A DNA stretch of 30,844 nucleotides from an uncultured virus (IMG/VR IMGVR_UViG_3300022752_000039). Its lineage: Duplodnaviria > Heunggongvirae > Uroviricota > Caudoviricetes. Of the stretch, positions 9,235 to 17,590 are shown in pieces (the stretch's first letter is position 1; the number at the start of each line of letters is the position of its first letter). The stretch lies in IMG/VR virus record IMGVR_UViG_3300022752_000039; one strand, written 5' to 3'. The position numbers were made by a program, and so were the translations under genes. The notes beneath the pieces are model-generated. The model had not been told where the DNA came from and did no database searches. It saw only the letters and a program-made list of their open reading frames with translations.

Positions 9235-10130
9235 AAAAATTACTTACACTACTTGTATCAATTATGGTACTTGGTACCACGGCGGTACCAGTACACGCAA
9301 ACACACCACCAGCAGTTGTCGTTATTGACACTGGCACTAACACATCTCTATTTAAGGACAGCATTTCATATGAAGTCTGTCTATTGACATCTTTTAAATG
9401 TCCAAATGGGCAAATGACGATGGAGGGAACTGGCGCTGCCAACATTCCAGTCTCAACAAATAAAGCCCTTAACCATGGAACACAGATGGTCTCCTTGGTT
9501 CTTCGCTTTAACCCAACAGCAAAAATTATTCCTATTCGTATCGTAGGAATTTCTCCATCAGGTACACCAGGTTTCTACTCAATGGATGATGTGCAGAATG
9601 CACTCAATTGGGTTGTTGCTAATCGAGTCAAACACAACATTGCAGTTGTTAGCCTTGCACAAGGCGCAGTATTTCCAGGGTGTAAAGTCCCAGAAGGAAT
9701 GGCAGCAAACATTGCAACGCTTAAGGCAGCACATGTTCCACTGATCACTGCAGTTGGTAACGACAAGAATCGCACGAACGTATTTTCACCAGCATGCTTG
9801 TCTGACACAGTCTCCGTTGGAGCAACAGATAATCCATGGTCAGGTTCACAACCTATTGAGTACGATCCAAATGCATCTCCATACATTGCTCGTTACAGCA
9901 ACGGCGCACAGGGACAGACTGATTTCTTTTTAAACGGTCGCTGGAATGCAATGCAATTAGATGGAACAACTAAGTTTACTACTGGTACCTCAGGTGCAAC
10001 AGCAGCATTTGCTGGTTGGTGGTTACTGAATAGAAAAGAAACTTTTGACGCTACGTTCAATGCATTAATGGCAACAACTGTTGATGCTAAGAACGAGTTC
10101 CAGACAGGGAAGTATGTCCGACTCCCATAA
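9231..10130 (+). CDS. secreted S8 (subtilisin-like) serine protease
   Basis: Signal peptide MKKLLTLLVSIMVLG...VHA; catalytic Asp VVIDTG, His HGTQM, oxyanion AVGN, Ser GTSGAT. Confidence 0.9.
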   Translation: MKKLLTLLVSIMVLGTTAVPVHANTPPAVVVIDTGTNTSLFKDSISYEVCLLTSFKCPNGQMTMEGTGAANIPVSTNKALNHGTQMVSLVLRFNPTAKIIPIRIVGISPSGTPGFYSMDDVQNALNWVVANRVKHNIAVVSLAQGAVFPGCKVPEGMAANIATLKAAHVPLITAVGNDKNRTNVFSPACLSDTVSVGATDNPWSGSQPIEYDPNASPYIARYSNGAQGQTDFFLNGRWNAMQLDGTTKFTTGTSGATAAFAGWWLLNRKETFDATFNALMATTVDAKNEFQTGKYVRLP

Positions 10131-10410
10131 GCCAACTGTGCTTGAAGAAGCGCAGAATTTAATCACTGGGGATCGTAACTACACTTACGATCATCCTCTT
10201 GATAACTTCAACCGAATTAAAAAGGGTTGGGAAGTTATCTTCGGTATTGATATTACTGAAGAACAAGTGGGACTAGCGATGGCTTGGGTAAAGATTGCAC
10301 GAGAGACATACATGCACAAGAGAGATAACTTGACGGACGGGGCAGGTTATCTTGGGACCATTGAGATGGTCATAGATGAAAGAAACCTCCGTGCCAACAA
10401 AACTGTTTGA
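10114..10410 (+). CDS. DUF6378-like phage protein (all-alpha nucleotide pyrophosphatase-like)
   Basis: VLEEAQNLITGDRNYTYDHPLDNFNRI...W...VGLAMAWVKIAR...KRDNLTDGAGY. Start moved to ATG 10114. Confidence 0.75.
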   Translation: MSDSHKPTVLEEAQNLITGDRNYTYDHPLDNFNRIKKGWEVIFGIDITEEQVGLAMAWVKIARETYMHKRDNLTDGAGYLGTIEMVIDERNLRANKTV

Positions 10411-10978
10411 TGGCGGTTTAACAGATGAGCAAGCCCTCGTTGCGGTTGGTATTGACCAATCGTTAACGGGGTTTGCTTTGTCTGCAGTAAGTATTGCAGA
10501 ACCAGAAAAACACATCACATGGGTATACAAGTCTCCGTATTTTGGTATTGAACGGCTTGTAGATATTCGTCAGTGGTTGATAGATACCCTTGACTATGTG
10601 TCTGAAAATCACGGCATCATAGACATTGCTATGGAAGGATCAGTCCTTGCTAGTCACTCAGCCCTAGTCCTTGGGGAGTTGGCTGCGGTAGTTAAGATGG
10701 CACTCTACGATTATTTTGGCGAAGATGAGACGGGTCGTTACCCACTGAAAGTTCCGCCAATGACATTGAAGAAGTATGCCTCAGGTAAAGGAAACGCCAA
10801 AAAGCAAGAGATGTTGATGCAAATATACAAGAGGTGGGGCATAGAGTTCAATGATGACAACGCCGCAGATGCCTACGCTCTAGGAAGGCTTGCTGGAAAA
10901 ACTGCGATTGATGAAATCGAGAAGGCAGTAGCCAAACAAATTGAAGACCCTAAATACCGAGACCAAGCAAGACTTTAG
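10391..10978 (+). CDS. ruvC: RuvC-like Holliday junction resolvase
   Basis: VGIDQSLTGFA, IAMEG, PPMTLKKYASGKGNAKKQEM, DDNAADAYAL. Start uncertain (10376 ATG or 10391 GTG). Confidence 0.88.
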   Translation: MPTKLFDGGLTDEQALVAVGIDQSLTGFALSAVSIAEPEKHITWVYKSPYFGIERLVDIRQWLIDTLDYVSENHGIIDIAMEGSVLASHSALVLGELAAVVKMALYDYFGEDETGRYPLKVPPMTLKKYASGKGNAKKQEMLMQIYKRWGIEFNDDNAADAYALGRLAGKTAIDEIEKAVAKQIEDPKYRDQARL

Positions 10979-11032
10979 CCTTACCCTTTGGTTAGGAGCG
11001 GCACACTAATTCGAACCAAAGGACTAATAACT

Positions 11033-11326
11033 GTGACAGAATCAATTTCACCTATTTCTGCTGACGAACCGTTCCTACGTGTCAGCGCCTCTTCAAACCC
11101 TCAGAGTGTTGCCTCAGCAATTGCTCACGCAATTTACGACAAGAAGGAAGTAAAACTCCGTGCTGTTGGTGCAGGAGCGGTAAATCAGGCAGTTAAAGCA
11201 ATCGCAATCGCCAGAGGCTATGTAGCCCCACGAGGTATGGATCTATCCTGTATTCCAGGATTTACCACTATTGAATCTCGTGACGGTGAGATCAGCGCCA
11301 TCGTGTTTGCTATTACAGCCAACTAA
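11033..11326 (+). CDS. spoVS: SpoVS-family (Alba-like fold) nucleic-acid-binding protein
   Basis: LRVSASSNPQSVASAIA...RAVGAGAVNQAVKAIAIARGYVAPRGMDLSCIPGF is the SpoVS signature. AAAGGA RBS before GTG 11033. Confidence 0.92.
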   Translation: MTESISPISADEPFLRVSASSNPQSVASAIAHAIYDKKEVKLRAVGAGAVNQAVKAIAIARGYVAPRGMDLSCIPGFTTIESRDGEISAIVFAITAN

Positions 11327-11363
11327 AACAGACGTATCCTTGGAACAAGACTAAGGAGTCAAC

Positions 11364-11780
11364 ATGGCCAATTGGACAGATATGGGTCACGCAATGCGTC
11401 GTCGCATGGGCGCACCTTCAAACCATCATGAATCGGTAGGTAAGAGAATGAAAAACAACCTAACACCAGAGCAAATTGTGGCAACAGGTGCACGAGCCTA
11501 CATGGGTAGCGCAGCAGGTGGCTTTACTGCACCAAGTGCAACACCAGTTGCTGGAAAGTTAATGCCAAAGAAGAACACACAGGCTGGCGATCCAACAATC
11601 ATGAACAAGGCAAATCGTCAGAACCTTGAGTACAAGGGTGCACAGCACCGCATCACTGCAAAGATGCCTGCTCCAATTAACAGCGAAGCAGGAGCAACAA
11701 TGGCAAATGCACGAGTCATTCCTTCAGTTATGGGAAGACAAGCACCTAACTTTAACAGCGGCGTAGATAGCACCTACTAA
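11364..11780 (+). CDS. hypothetical low-complexity protein
   Basis: AAGGAG RBS; 138 aa, Ala/Met/Asn-rich. Confidence 0.75.
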   Translation: MANWTDMGHAMRRRMGAPSNHHESVGKRMKNNLTPEQIVATGARAYMGSAAGGFTAPSATPVAGKLMPKKNTQAGDPTIMNKANRQNLEYKGAQHRITAKMPAPINSEAGATMANARVIPSVMGRQAPNFNSGVDSTY

Positions 11781-11782
11781 TT

Positions 11783-12028
11783 ATGAGTGACTCACTATCA
11801 TCGAGTCAGTTCAAGGCTGTACAACCAGATATGACACCTCCGCTGTCATTAAGTAAATCAACAACTGGAAGTGCAGCGCAGGCAACTGCATGGCGTAATC
11901 AATCAATTGGTAAGGGTGGACCTTTGGCGTACTCATCTAAGACTAGAGGAACAACCTTTAGTTGGGATGACACTGCAGCGGGTCCTTCTCTTCCTCAATC
12001 TGATAAAGGTGCAGGTAGAAACGAATGA
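11783..12028 (+). CDS. hypothetical protein (N-terminal LSSSQF)
   Basis: Tightly packed in the operon; 81 aa. Confidence 0.7.
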   Translation: MSDSLSSSQFKAVQPDMTPPLSLSKSTTGSAAQATAWRNQSIGKGGPLAYSSKTRGTTFSWDDTAAGPSLPQSDKGAGRNE

Positions 12029-12537
12029 GCAGAAAGCGTTCTGTAATTCGATCTGAAAAGTTAACTCGACCTGAGGGTGTTCACCCTGCGTTGAGTGCGG
12101 TCGAGTTTGCAGCACGCACAAATGCTAAGCCAGTAAGTGATCGTGGTCTCACGATGAATGTCCGTACTGGAGTTACTACCGATGAGCAACCAGCAGTTGG
12201 ATATGCAGTAGGTGGAGAACGTGATGTACAGGGTCGCCGTATTAACACACAAAAAGTTAGTACAGGAAGTAAAGACCCTAAAATTAGCGCCAATGAAGTT
12301 TCTAAGTTTTCAGAAAAAGTACGCATGGGAACTAAAGATAAGAATGTAAATATTGGTTCATGGGTAGATCCAGAAAAACCAAAGAGTGGTGTTCAACTAG
12401 ATGCCTCTCGCGTCTACACCAGTAAGAAAGAAGCCACAAAGAAGATGGAAGAACGTAAGGAAGACGCTATGTACAACGTCCAGACTTATGAGAACGTTCC
12501 TAACACTAAGAAAAAGCCACGAGAGAAGAATCGATAA
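12025..12537 (+). CDS. hypothetical phage protein (GxW-D...LD-S motif)
   Basis: ATGA overlap; GLTMNVRTG...GYAVG...IGSWVD...VQLDASRV. Confidence 0.75.
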   Translation: MSRKRSVIRSEKLTRPEGVHPALSAVEFAARTNAKPVSDRGLTMNVRTGVTTDEQPAVGYAVGGERDVQGRRINTQKVSTGSKDPKISANEVSKFSEKVRMGTKDKNVNIGSWVDPEKPKSGVQLDASRVYTSKKEATKKMEERKEDAMYNVQTYENVPNTKKKPREKNR

Positions 12538-13070
12538 TGGCTGGCGGATACAATAACTTTTCACCATCGCAGAACTGGCAATCGCTAGGTGGCGGTGGTC
12601 TTGCTGGATACAATAACCAAGGTGGTGCAGGTACTCCTGTAGCCCGTGACACCATGGATTCACTCCGTATTGGTGTTGGAAGAGTTCCATCTGCGGAATA
12701 CCCAGATGGTTACCTTGGTACTATCCGCTCACGTCGTGATGACCGTTTGTTGGATAGCATCAAGAACCGTGTTAACCAGAAGTCATATCAGCGTGGTGTA
12801 CACAAAGGTGAGCGCATTGAGCCATCTATGTACTACTGGCCTGAAGAATTTAATCCTGACATGGGTCTAGCCCGTCAGATGAAAGCAACGCTAGTTAACC
12901 GAGATGGCGCAGTGTCATACATGATTCCTCGTAGCGCACCACAGACTCATCTTACTCCTGCTCCTCACCTCGTTAACGATGGTAAAGCAAACACACAGGC
13001 TAATCAGCCAGGAGAGATCAATGCACGTCGTCAGGCAATGCTTGCTTATTTAAGACCAACGTGGAACTAA
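12537..13070 (+). CDS. hypothetical phage protein
   Basis: TAATG coupling; contains EYPDGYLGTIRSRRDDRLLD...YQRGVHKGERI. Confidence 0.8.
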   Translation: MAGGYNNFSPSQNWQSLGGGGLAGYNNQGGAGTPVARDTMDSLRIGVGRVPSAEYPDGYLGTIRSRRDDRLLDSIKNRVNQKSYQRGVHKGERIEPSMYYWPEEFNPDMGLARQMKATLVNRDGAVSYMIPRSAPQTHLTPAPHLVNDGKANTQANQPGEINARRQAMLAYLRPTWN

Positions 13071-13071
13071 C

Positions 13072-13746
13072 ATGGCTAAATTTGGTGTTGACCCACACGG
13101 CCGCTGGGATAAGAACCTAGCAGAGTCTCAATTCAAGGGACATGTTGAAAACATTATTGGTAAGTATCGTCAAGCATCCCCAGACTTTGTAAAGGGTGGA
13201 CACGAGTGGTACAGCAAAGCACACGACGAAGCACTTCGTGTTGGACAGGGTGATCCACGCAAGGGCGCAGGAATTATCGCTGCGTTATCTCCGTTAAGTA
13301 GTTGGGAAAAAAACGTTGCACAATCACATGAACTAGTAAAAACAGGAAATGTAGCGAGTGTACTTCTTCCAGCAAACGTAGAGAAGGCTCGTAGAATTCA
13401 TCAAGGAGAAGATCCTGAAAAGGTTCTTGGTGGACATAAAGTTACAAACTTCTTCCATAACATTCATGATCCAAGTAATCCAACACCAGTAACAATTGAT
13501 CGTCATGCTTATGACATTGCGATGGGTCATCCTTTTGTAGGAGCAGGTGGCGGAAAAGCACAACGCAACATTACACAAGGGCCAAGTGGTCACACTCCAA
13601 TGTCAGAAGATCTTGGCCTTAGTTCAATGGGTCGCTACAAGCACTTCGTACATGCCTACCAGCATGCTGCTGGTGAGTTAGAGATTCCGCTTGCTCATCA
13701 AGTACAAGCAACTACATGGGTTCAACACAGAGGGGCAATCGGATGA
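13072..13746 (+). CDS. phage protein with HhH-GPD DNA-glycosylase-like features
   Basis: GIIAALSP...W..N, GHKVTNFFHNI, VTIDRHA, QVQATTW. The ORF is solid; the function is inferred. Confidence 0.55.
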   Translation: MAKFGVDPHGRWDKNLAESQFKGHVENIIGKYRQASPDFVKGGHEWYSKAHDEALRVGQGDPRKGAGIIAALSPLSSWEKNVAQSHELVKTGNVASVLLPANVEKARRIHQGEDPEKVLGGHKVTNFFHNIHDPSNPTPVTIDRHAYDIAMGHPFVGAGGGKAQRNITQGPSGHTPMSEDLGLSSMGRYKHFVHAYQHAAGELEIPLAHQVQATTWVQHRGAIG

Positions 13747-14102
13747 CACAACACGTAGACGGAGTGTATGACTACACCAAGCCTTGGCGTGCACCGATTA
13801 AACCTGATCAGGTAGCAAAGCGTTATCAGTACAACGGCCCATGGTCAACGAATGCAGAACGACTAACATCACAGGCTCTCATGGTAATGAACATTCCTGG
13901 AGCAGATATTCAGGCTATGGTTCGCCCACCATTGCCACAGATCCAACTCTTTCCAGAACGTTATGGATACGAGAGAAAACAACCAGGAATTGATGACATT
14001 GTAACCGTAGATCGAAACTATACTGAACCTCGTATCTCTTGGTTCTCTGGTGGAGTGGCTGGTTACCAAGCAGCAGAACGTAACGGATTGGGGACCAACT
14101 AA
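13743..14102 (+). CDS. hypothetical protein
   Basis: ATGA overlap at 13743; coupled to the next gene by TAATG. Confidence 0.75.
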   Translation: MTQHVDGVYDYTKPWRAPIKPDQVAKRYQYNGPWSTNAERLTSQALMVMNIPGADIQAMVRPPLPQIQLFPERYGYERKQPGIDDIVTVDRNYTEPRISWFSGGVAGYQAAERNGLGTN

Positions 14103-14299
14103 TGGATGGTGACGGCATGCTATCGATGGAGTTGCAGGCTCGTCAGATTGCTGAAAACGCAACCCGTTACAACGGATCTGCTCCATGTCCAACCTGTGGA
14201 GTAATCATGAACCCTGTAGAATTTATGGCAAACAGAGGTCATTGCCTCTCTTGCGTAACACAACGCAATGCTCAACGAGTGAAAGGTAAGATGGCATGA
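14102..14299 (+). CDS. small C4 Zn-finger protein
   Basis: CPTCG...CLSC. Confidence 0.72.
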   Translation: MDGDGMLSMELQARQIAENATRYNGSAPCPTCGVIMNPVEFMANRGHCLSCVTQRNAQRVKGKMA

Positions 14300-14547
14300 T
14301 TTTTAATGACCGTCGTAAAGGGAATGGAGCGCTTAAAGCGGCTTTAGGTAAAAGCCTTGCACCTAAAGGTTACAAACCAGATACAGCAGGTCGTGTAGCC
14401 GTTCATGAAGAAGCAGCACGTGCTATGAAAAACCCAGGAACTACTCGTAAAGAATCTTACGATGCTGCTGTGGTTACACCGTTACGAAACGATATAAATG
14501 AAGGAAAATGGGCAAATCAAGGAAATTCAACAAGGAAGAGACAATAA
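14296..14547 (+). CDS. small basic protein with N-terminal FNDRRK
   Basis: ATGA overlap; MIFNDRRKG. Confidence 0.72.
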   Translation: MIFNDRRKGNGALKAALGKSLAPKGYKPDTAGRVAVHEEAARAMKNPGTTRKESYDAAVVTPLRNDINEGKWANQGNSTRKRQ

Positions 14548-14548
14548 C

Positions 14549-14749
14549 ATGACAGTTAACTCATCACGTTCAATGAACGCAGGATTAGAAGAAGGCGCAA
14601 CAGATGGCAAGTACCGCAAAGTTCGCCCAGATACAGAGGTAGGAACTGAGTCATCAGCAACTATCGCTAACCGCCAGTCACTACACCCATTCTATGGCTA
14701 TGGATTTGCAACATCTGAGTATCCAAACAAGGTAAACCCAGGTAAGTAA
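14549..14749 (+). CDS. small hypothetical protein
   Basis: ATG 14549 just after the upstream stop; MTVNSSRSMNAGLEEGATDGKYRKVRPD. Confidence 0.72.
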   Translation: MTVNSSRSMNAGLEEGATDGKYRKVRPDTEVGTESSATIANRQSLHPFYGYGFATSEYPNKVNPGK

Positions 14750-14751
14750 TC

Positions 14752-14946
14752 ATGGAATTTAACGACCGCAGAAAGAACCCTCACACTCCTCTATCTAAGA
14801 GTGCGATGAAGACTTGGGAAAATGAAACCGTTACAGGTAGAGACAACCCAAAATGGAAATGTGAAAGTTGCGGTAACAAAGGTGCACAGGATTATGCGGG
14901 TCAAGGGCGTGTTTGTGAATCTTGTGCTTCAAGTTTGGGATTCTAA
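14752..14946 (+). CDS. small C4 Zn-finger protein with N-terminal FNDRRK
   Basis: MEFNDRRKN...CESC...CESC. Confidence 0.72.
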   Translation: MEFNDRRKNPHTPLSKSAMKTWENETVTGRDNPKWKCESCGNKGAQDYAGQGRVCESCASSLGF

Positions 14947-14948
14947 AC

Positions 14949-15260
14949 ATGGGAACAGCAATTGGAGTACCAGACCCTGGTGAGTTTGAGCGTAAACAAC
15001 CTCACAACTTGTTTAATGATCGTCGCATAGGCGGTAAGTCAAAAAACCGTGCGATAGGAGAATCAGTTTCTAAGCGTAAAGTAAACTTTTACGATGCCAA
15101 TGAAGATTTTAGCCACAGTGCAGATGTACGTTGGTTAAGTCCCAAAGGATATCGATCAGGTCGTCCCCATGGCTCAGAGTTAAAGAAGCACATGAAACCT
15201 ATGGGTGGATGGGCATTGCCAGAGTACGACAACAATCCAAACGCACCTAAGGATAAATAA
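14949..15260 (+). CDS. small basic protein containing FNDRR
   Basis: ATG 14949 just after the upstream stop; ...HNLFNDRRIGG... Confidence 0.7.
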   Translation: MGTAIGVPDPGEFERKQPHNLFNDRRIGGKSKNRAIGESVSKRKVNFYDANEDFSHSADVRWLSPKGYRSGRPHGSELKKHMKPMGGWALPEYDNNPNAPKDK

Positions 15261-15295
15261 TCTGTTAGGATAATCGGACTACTACAAGGAGCACA

Positions 15296-15844
15296 ATGAG
15301 TAACGTACCAATTCTGGGTGAAAAACCTAAAGACCAAGAGCCGATGTTTCGGTTGCTCTACTGTCTTGTTTGCCAGACCTTAGACGAATTGCCACCATAC
15401 GATGGTGAGCCAGAGTTAGACCATCTCCTTGCTGTTGCATGTGAGAATCACGTATTCCCTTCAGGAGATCCACACAAAGGTAAGTTATTTGTGTTGCCAC
15501 TTCGTGCATGGGCACACAACGAATCAAAACGAGAGATCATCAGCCAGATTAAGGGCGGTGGATCAATGGGTCTAGCAGCAATTGATGAGACCTTCTACGA
15601 TTCACGTTCTACTTTCTTAGAAGATGCTATGTCGTGCTATCAACGTCATAATAAACCAAAAGACGGTTGCCCAGATTGGCACGATAGCAACCTCATGCTT
15701 ATCCCAAAGACCGAAAAAGATCGTATCAAAGAAGGTATGGGTAAGTATAAAGACACCCCAGGTCAAAAGACCTATCTCTGTGATTTTTGTCCAGTAGCGA
15801 TCGGTGTTGCAGAGCGCAAACAAAAACTGTTAGGAATGAAATAA
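15296..15844 (+). CDS. Cys/His-rich hypothetical protein (probable metal binding)
   Basis: AAGGAG RBS; CLVC, H...H, CYQRH...C, CDFC. Confidence 0.78.
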   Translation: MSNVPILGEKPKDQEPMFRLLYCLVCQTLDELPPYDGEPELDHLLAVACENHVFPSGDPHKGKLFVLPLRAWAHNESKREIISQIKGGGSMGLAAIDETFYDSRSTFLEDAMSCYQRHNKPKDGCPDWHDSNLMLIPKTEKDRIKEGMGKYKDTPGQKTYLCDFCPVAIGVAERKQKLLGMK

Positions 15845-16119
15845 TGGAAGAAGATAAGATTCAAGCAGGTTTCAGCGTAGTCATCAATGAAGATGGGACA
15901 CTGTCTACTCATGTGTTTCCTGCCAGCGATACAGTCGCACGACAAGCAACTACTTATGACATCTTTGGATGTTGCAAGGAGTTAGTCAATGACATTGAGT
16001 CACAACTGTTGGCTGACCGTGTCTCTAAGGCTGTCCTTGCTAAGTTAATGCCACCAACAGCAGAAGAAGTTGCAAAAGTACGCATTGCTGAGGCTTTAGC
16101 AAACCGCCAAGCAGAATAA
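15844..16119 (+). CDS. hypothetical protein
   Basis: TAATG coupling at 15844; 91 aa. Confidence 0.72.
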   Translation: MEEDKIQAGFSVVINEDGTLSTHVFPASDTVARQATTYDIFGCCKELVNDIESQLLADRVSKAVLAKLMPPTAEEVAKVRIAEALANRQAE

Positions 16120-16124
16120 GCACC

Positions 16125-16139
16125 TAAACTAAGGGTATG
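16125..16139 (+). promoter_or_regulatory. putative -10 element driving a leaderless transcript of the nucleotidyltransferase gene
   Basis: TAAACT at 16125-16130, 6 nt before ATG 16137, with only a weak SD. This is the usual actinobacterial leaderless geometry. Confidence 0.4.
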
Positions 16140-17075
16140 AATCGCCCTGATGGATTAGACCGCTATGTTGGACCTGTATCCATACAGGCTCTACCGACAT
16201 CGTACTTCTCTCAACCAGAAGATACTCTAGACCCTGAACTGTTCTCTGGAACAATGCTCAAGGGCTGGGTTCGTAATGGGCTTCTTCAAGAGTTATTTGG
16301 TTTCCTCAACGAGACCTATCGTCATCCTGATCTATGGACACATGTATGGCTTGCAGGTTCTGCAGTCTCTTACCAGTGGTCTGCTGCTCGTGAGCCAGGA
16401 GACTTAGATGTCTTAATCGGCGTTGACTATATCCAATTCCGTAAGGCTCATCCAGAATACAACGGACTTGGCGATACAGAGATCAGCAAGATGCTCAACG
16501 AAGATTTCCGTGAGCACTTACAGCCAGATACAAAAGACTGGAATGGATTTGAAGTAACTTTCTATGTCAATCCTGGCGCTACAGACATCCGTACAATCAA
16601 TCCTTATGCTGCCTACGATCTAACTCATAATGACTGGACAGTCTTTCCAGAGAAGCAGTCTGCACCACTTAACCCTATGGGCGAAGCCGCAGCACAACGT
16701 GATTTAAAGAGCGCTTCTGATGTAGTAATGCGATATTCACAAGCCTTGACAGATCTAAAAGGCGCAACAAATGATCCAGCACGTCGTAACGCAGAGTTCC
16801 GAGTACAACAGTTATTAATGCATGGATCTATGTTATTTGAAGACATACATCACAGTCGTCGTTATGCTTTCAGCCCTAGTGGTGGTGGGTATGCTGATGT
16901 GTACAACTACCGCTGGCAAGCAGGTAAGAAATATGGAACAGTACCAGCGCTTCGACAGATGCACGATTACTGGAAAGAGTACAAGAACAAACAAGCAGAA
17001 GAGACGTACGGAATTGATCTACCAGATACACAAACGCTAATCAGGAGAGCAGCAACGTACAAGACACCGCAATAA
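16137..17075 (+). CDS. Pol-beta superfamily nucleotidyltransferase
   Basis: hLAGS...GDLDV motif plus a third acidic residue in FEVTFYV. Confidence 0.8.
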   Translation: MNRPDGLDRYVGPVSIQALPTSYFSQPEDTLDPELFSGTMLKGWVRNGLLQELFGFLNETYRHPDLWTHVWLAGSAVSYQWSAAREPGDLDVLIGVDYIQFRKAHPEYNGLGDTEISKMLNEDFREHLQPDTKDWNGFEVTFYVNPGATDIRTINPYAAYDLTHNDWTVFPEKQSAPLNPMGEAAAQRDLKSASDVVMRYSQALTDLKGATNDPARRNAEFRVQQLLMHGSMLFEDIHHSRRYAFSPSGGGYADVYNYRWQAGKKYGTVPALRQMHDYWKEYKNKQAEETYGIDLPDTQTLIRRAATYKTPQ

Positions 17076-17101
17076 AGTTCTAACAATTATTTGGAGTATA
17101 A

Positions 17102-17590
17102 ATGAATGTAATGTTGTCCCTTGATGGAGTATTGAGTTCAGACTCAGGCGATCCAATCAGAGCAGGAGTAATGCTCTACTATGCTTTAAACATCAATAAC
17201 CGAGTGGCTATCAGAACCTCTCGTAAGAAAGAAGATGCAGAGCACTGGCTTAACTCCCACGGAATCATCAACTACGATGACCTGATTGATTACTCGTACC
17301 ATTTAGAAGGCGAAGACTTAAAGAAACGCCAGTTTATTCTGAGCCGTTCTCGTGCTCCTATTGAGATGTATGTGGACGCTGATCCTTCTATGTGTTCATG
17401 GGTCTTTGAAGAGCAAGGTATTCCTGCCATTATGTTTATGAACCCAGGCTATTTGGCTGTGGAGCGTCGCCCTGATGCACCTAAGAAGGTTCGTCAATGG
17501 TCTGATATTGAAAACTCAATAACCAGAGTCAACCTTGCTAAATCTAAAGAAGCAGCCAACCCCAAGGAACTAGAGTTCTGGGATGACTAA
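17102..17590 (+). CDS. HAD-superfamily-like protein with degenerate motif I
   Basis: MNVMLSLDGVL (DxDG with first D replaced by S), motif II IRTSR, motif IV MYVDAD. Confidence 0.6.
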   Translation: MNVMLSLDGVLSSDSGDPIRAGVMLYYALNINNRVAIRTSRKKEDAEHWLNSHGIINYDDLIDYSYHLEGEDLKKRQFILSRSRAPIEMYVDADPSMCSWVFEEQGIPAIMFMNPGYLAVERRPDAPKKVRQWSDIENSITRVNLAKSKEAANPKELEFWDD

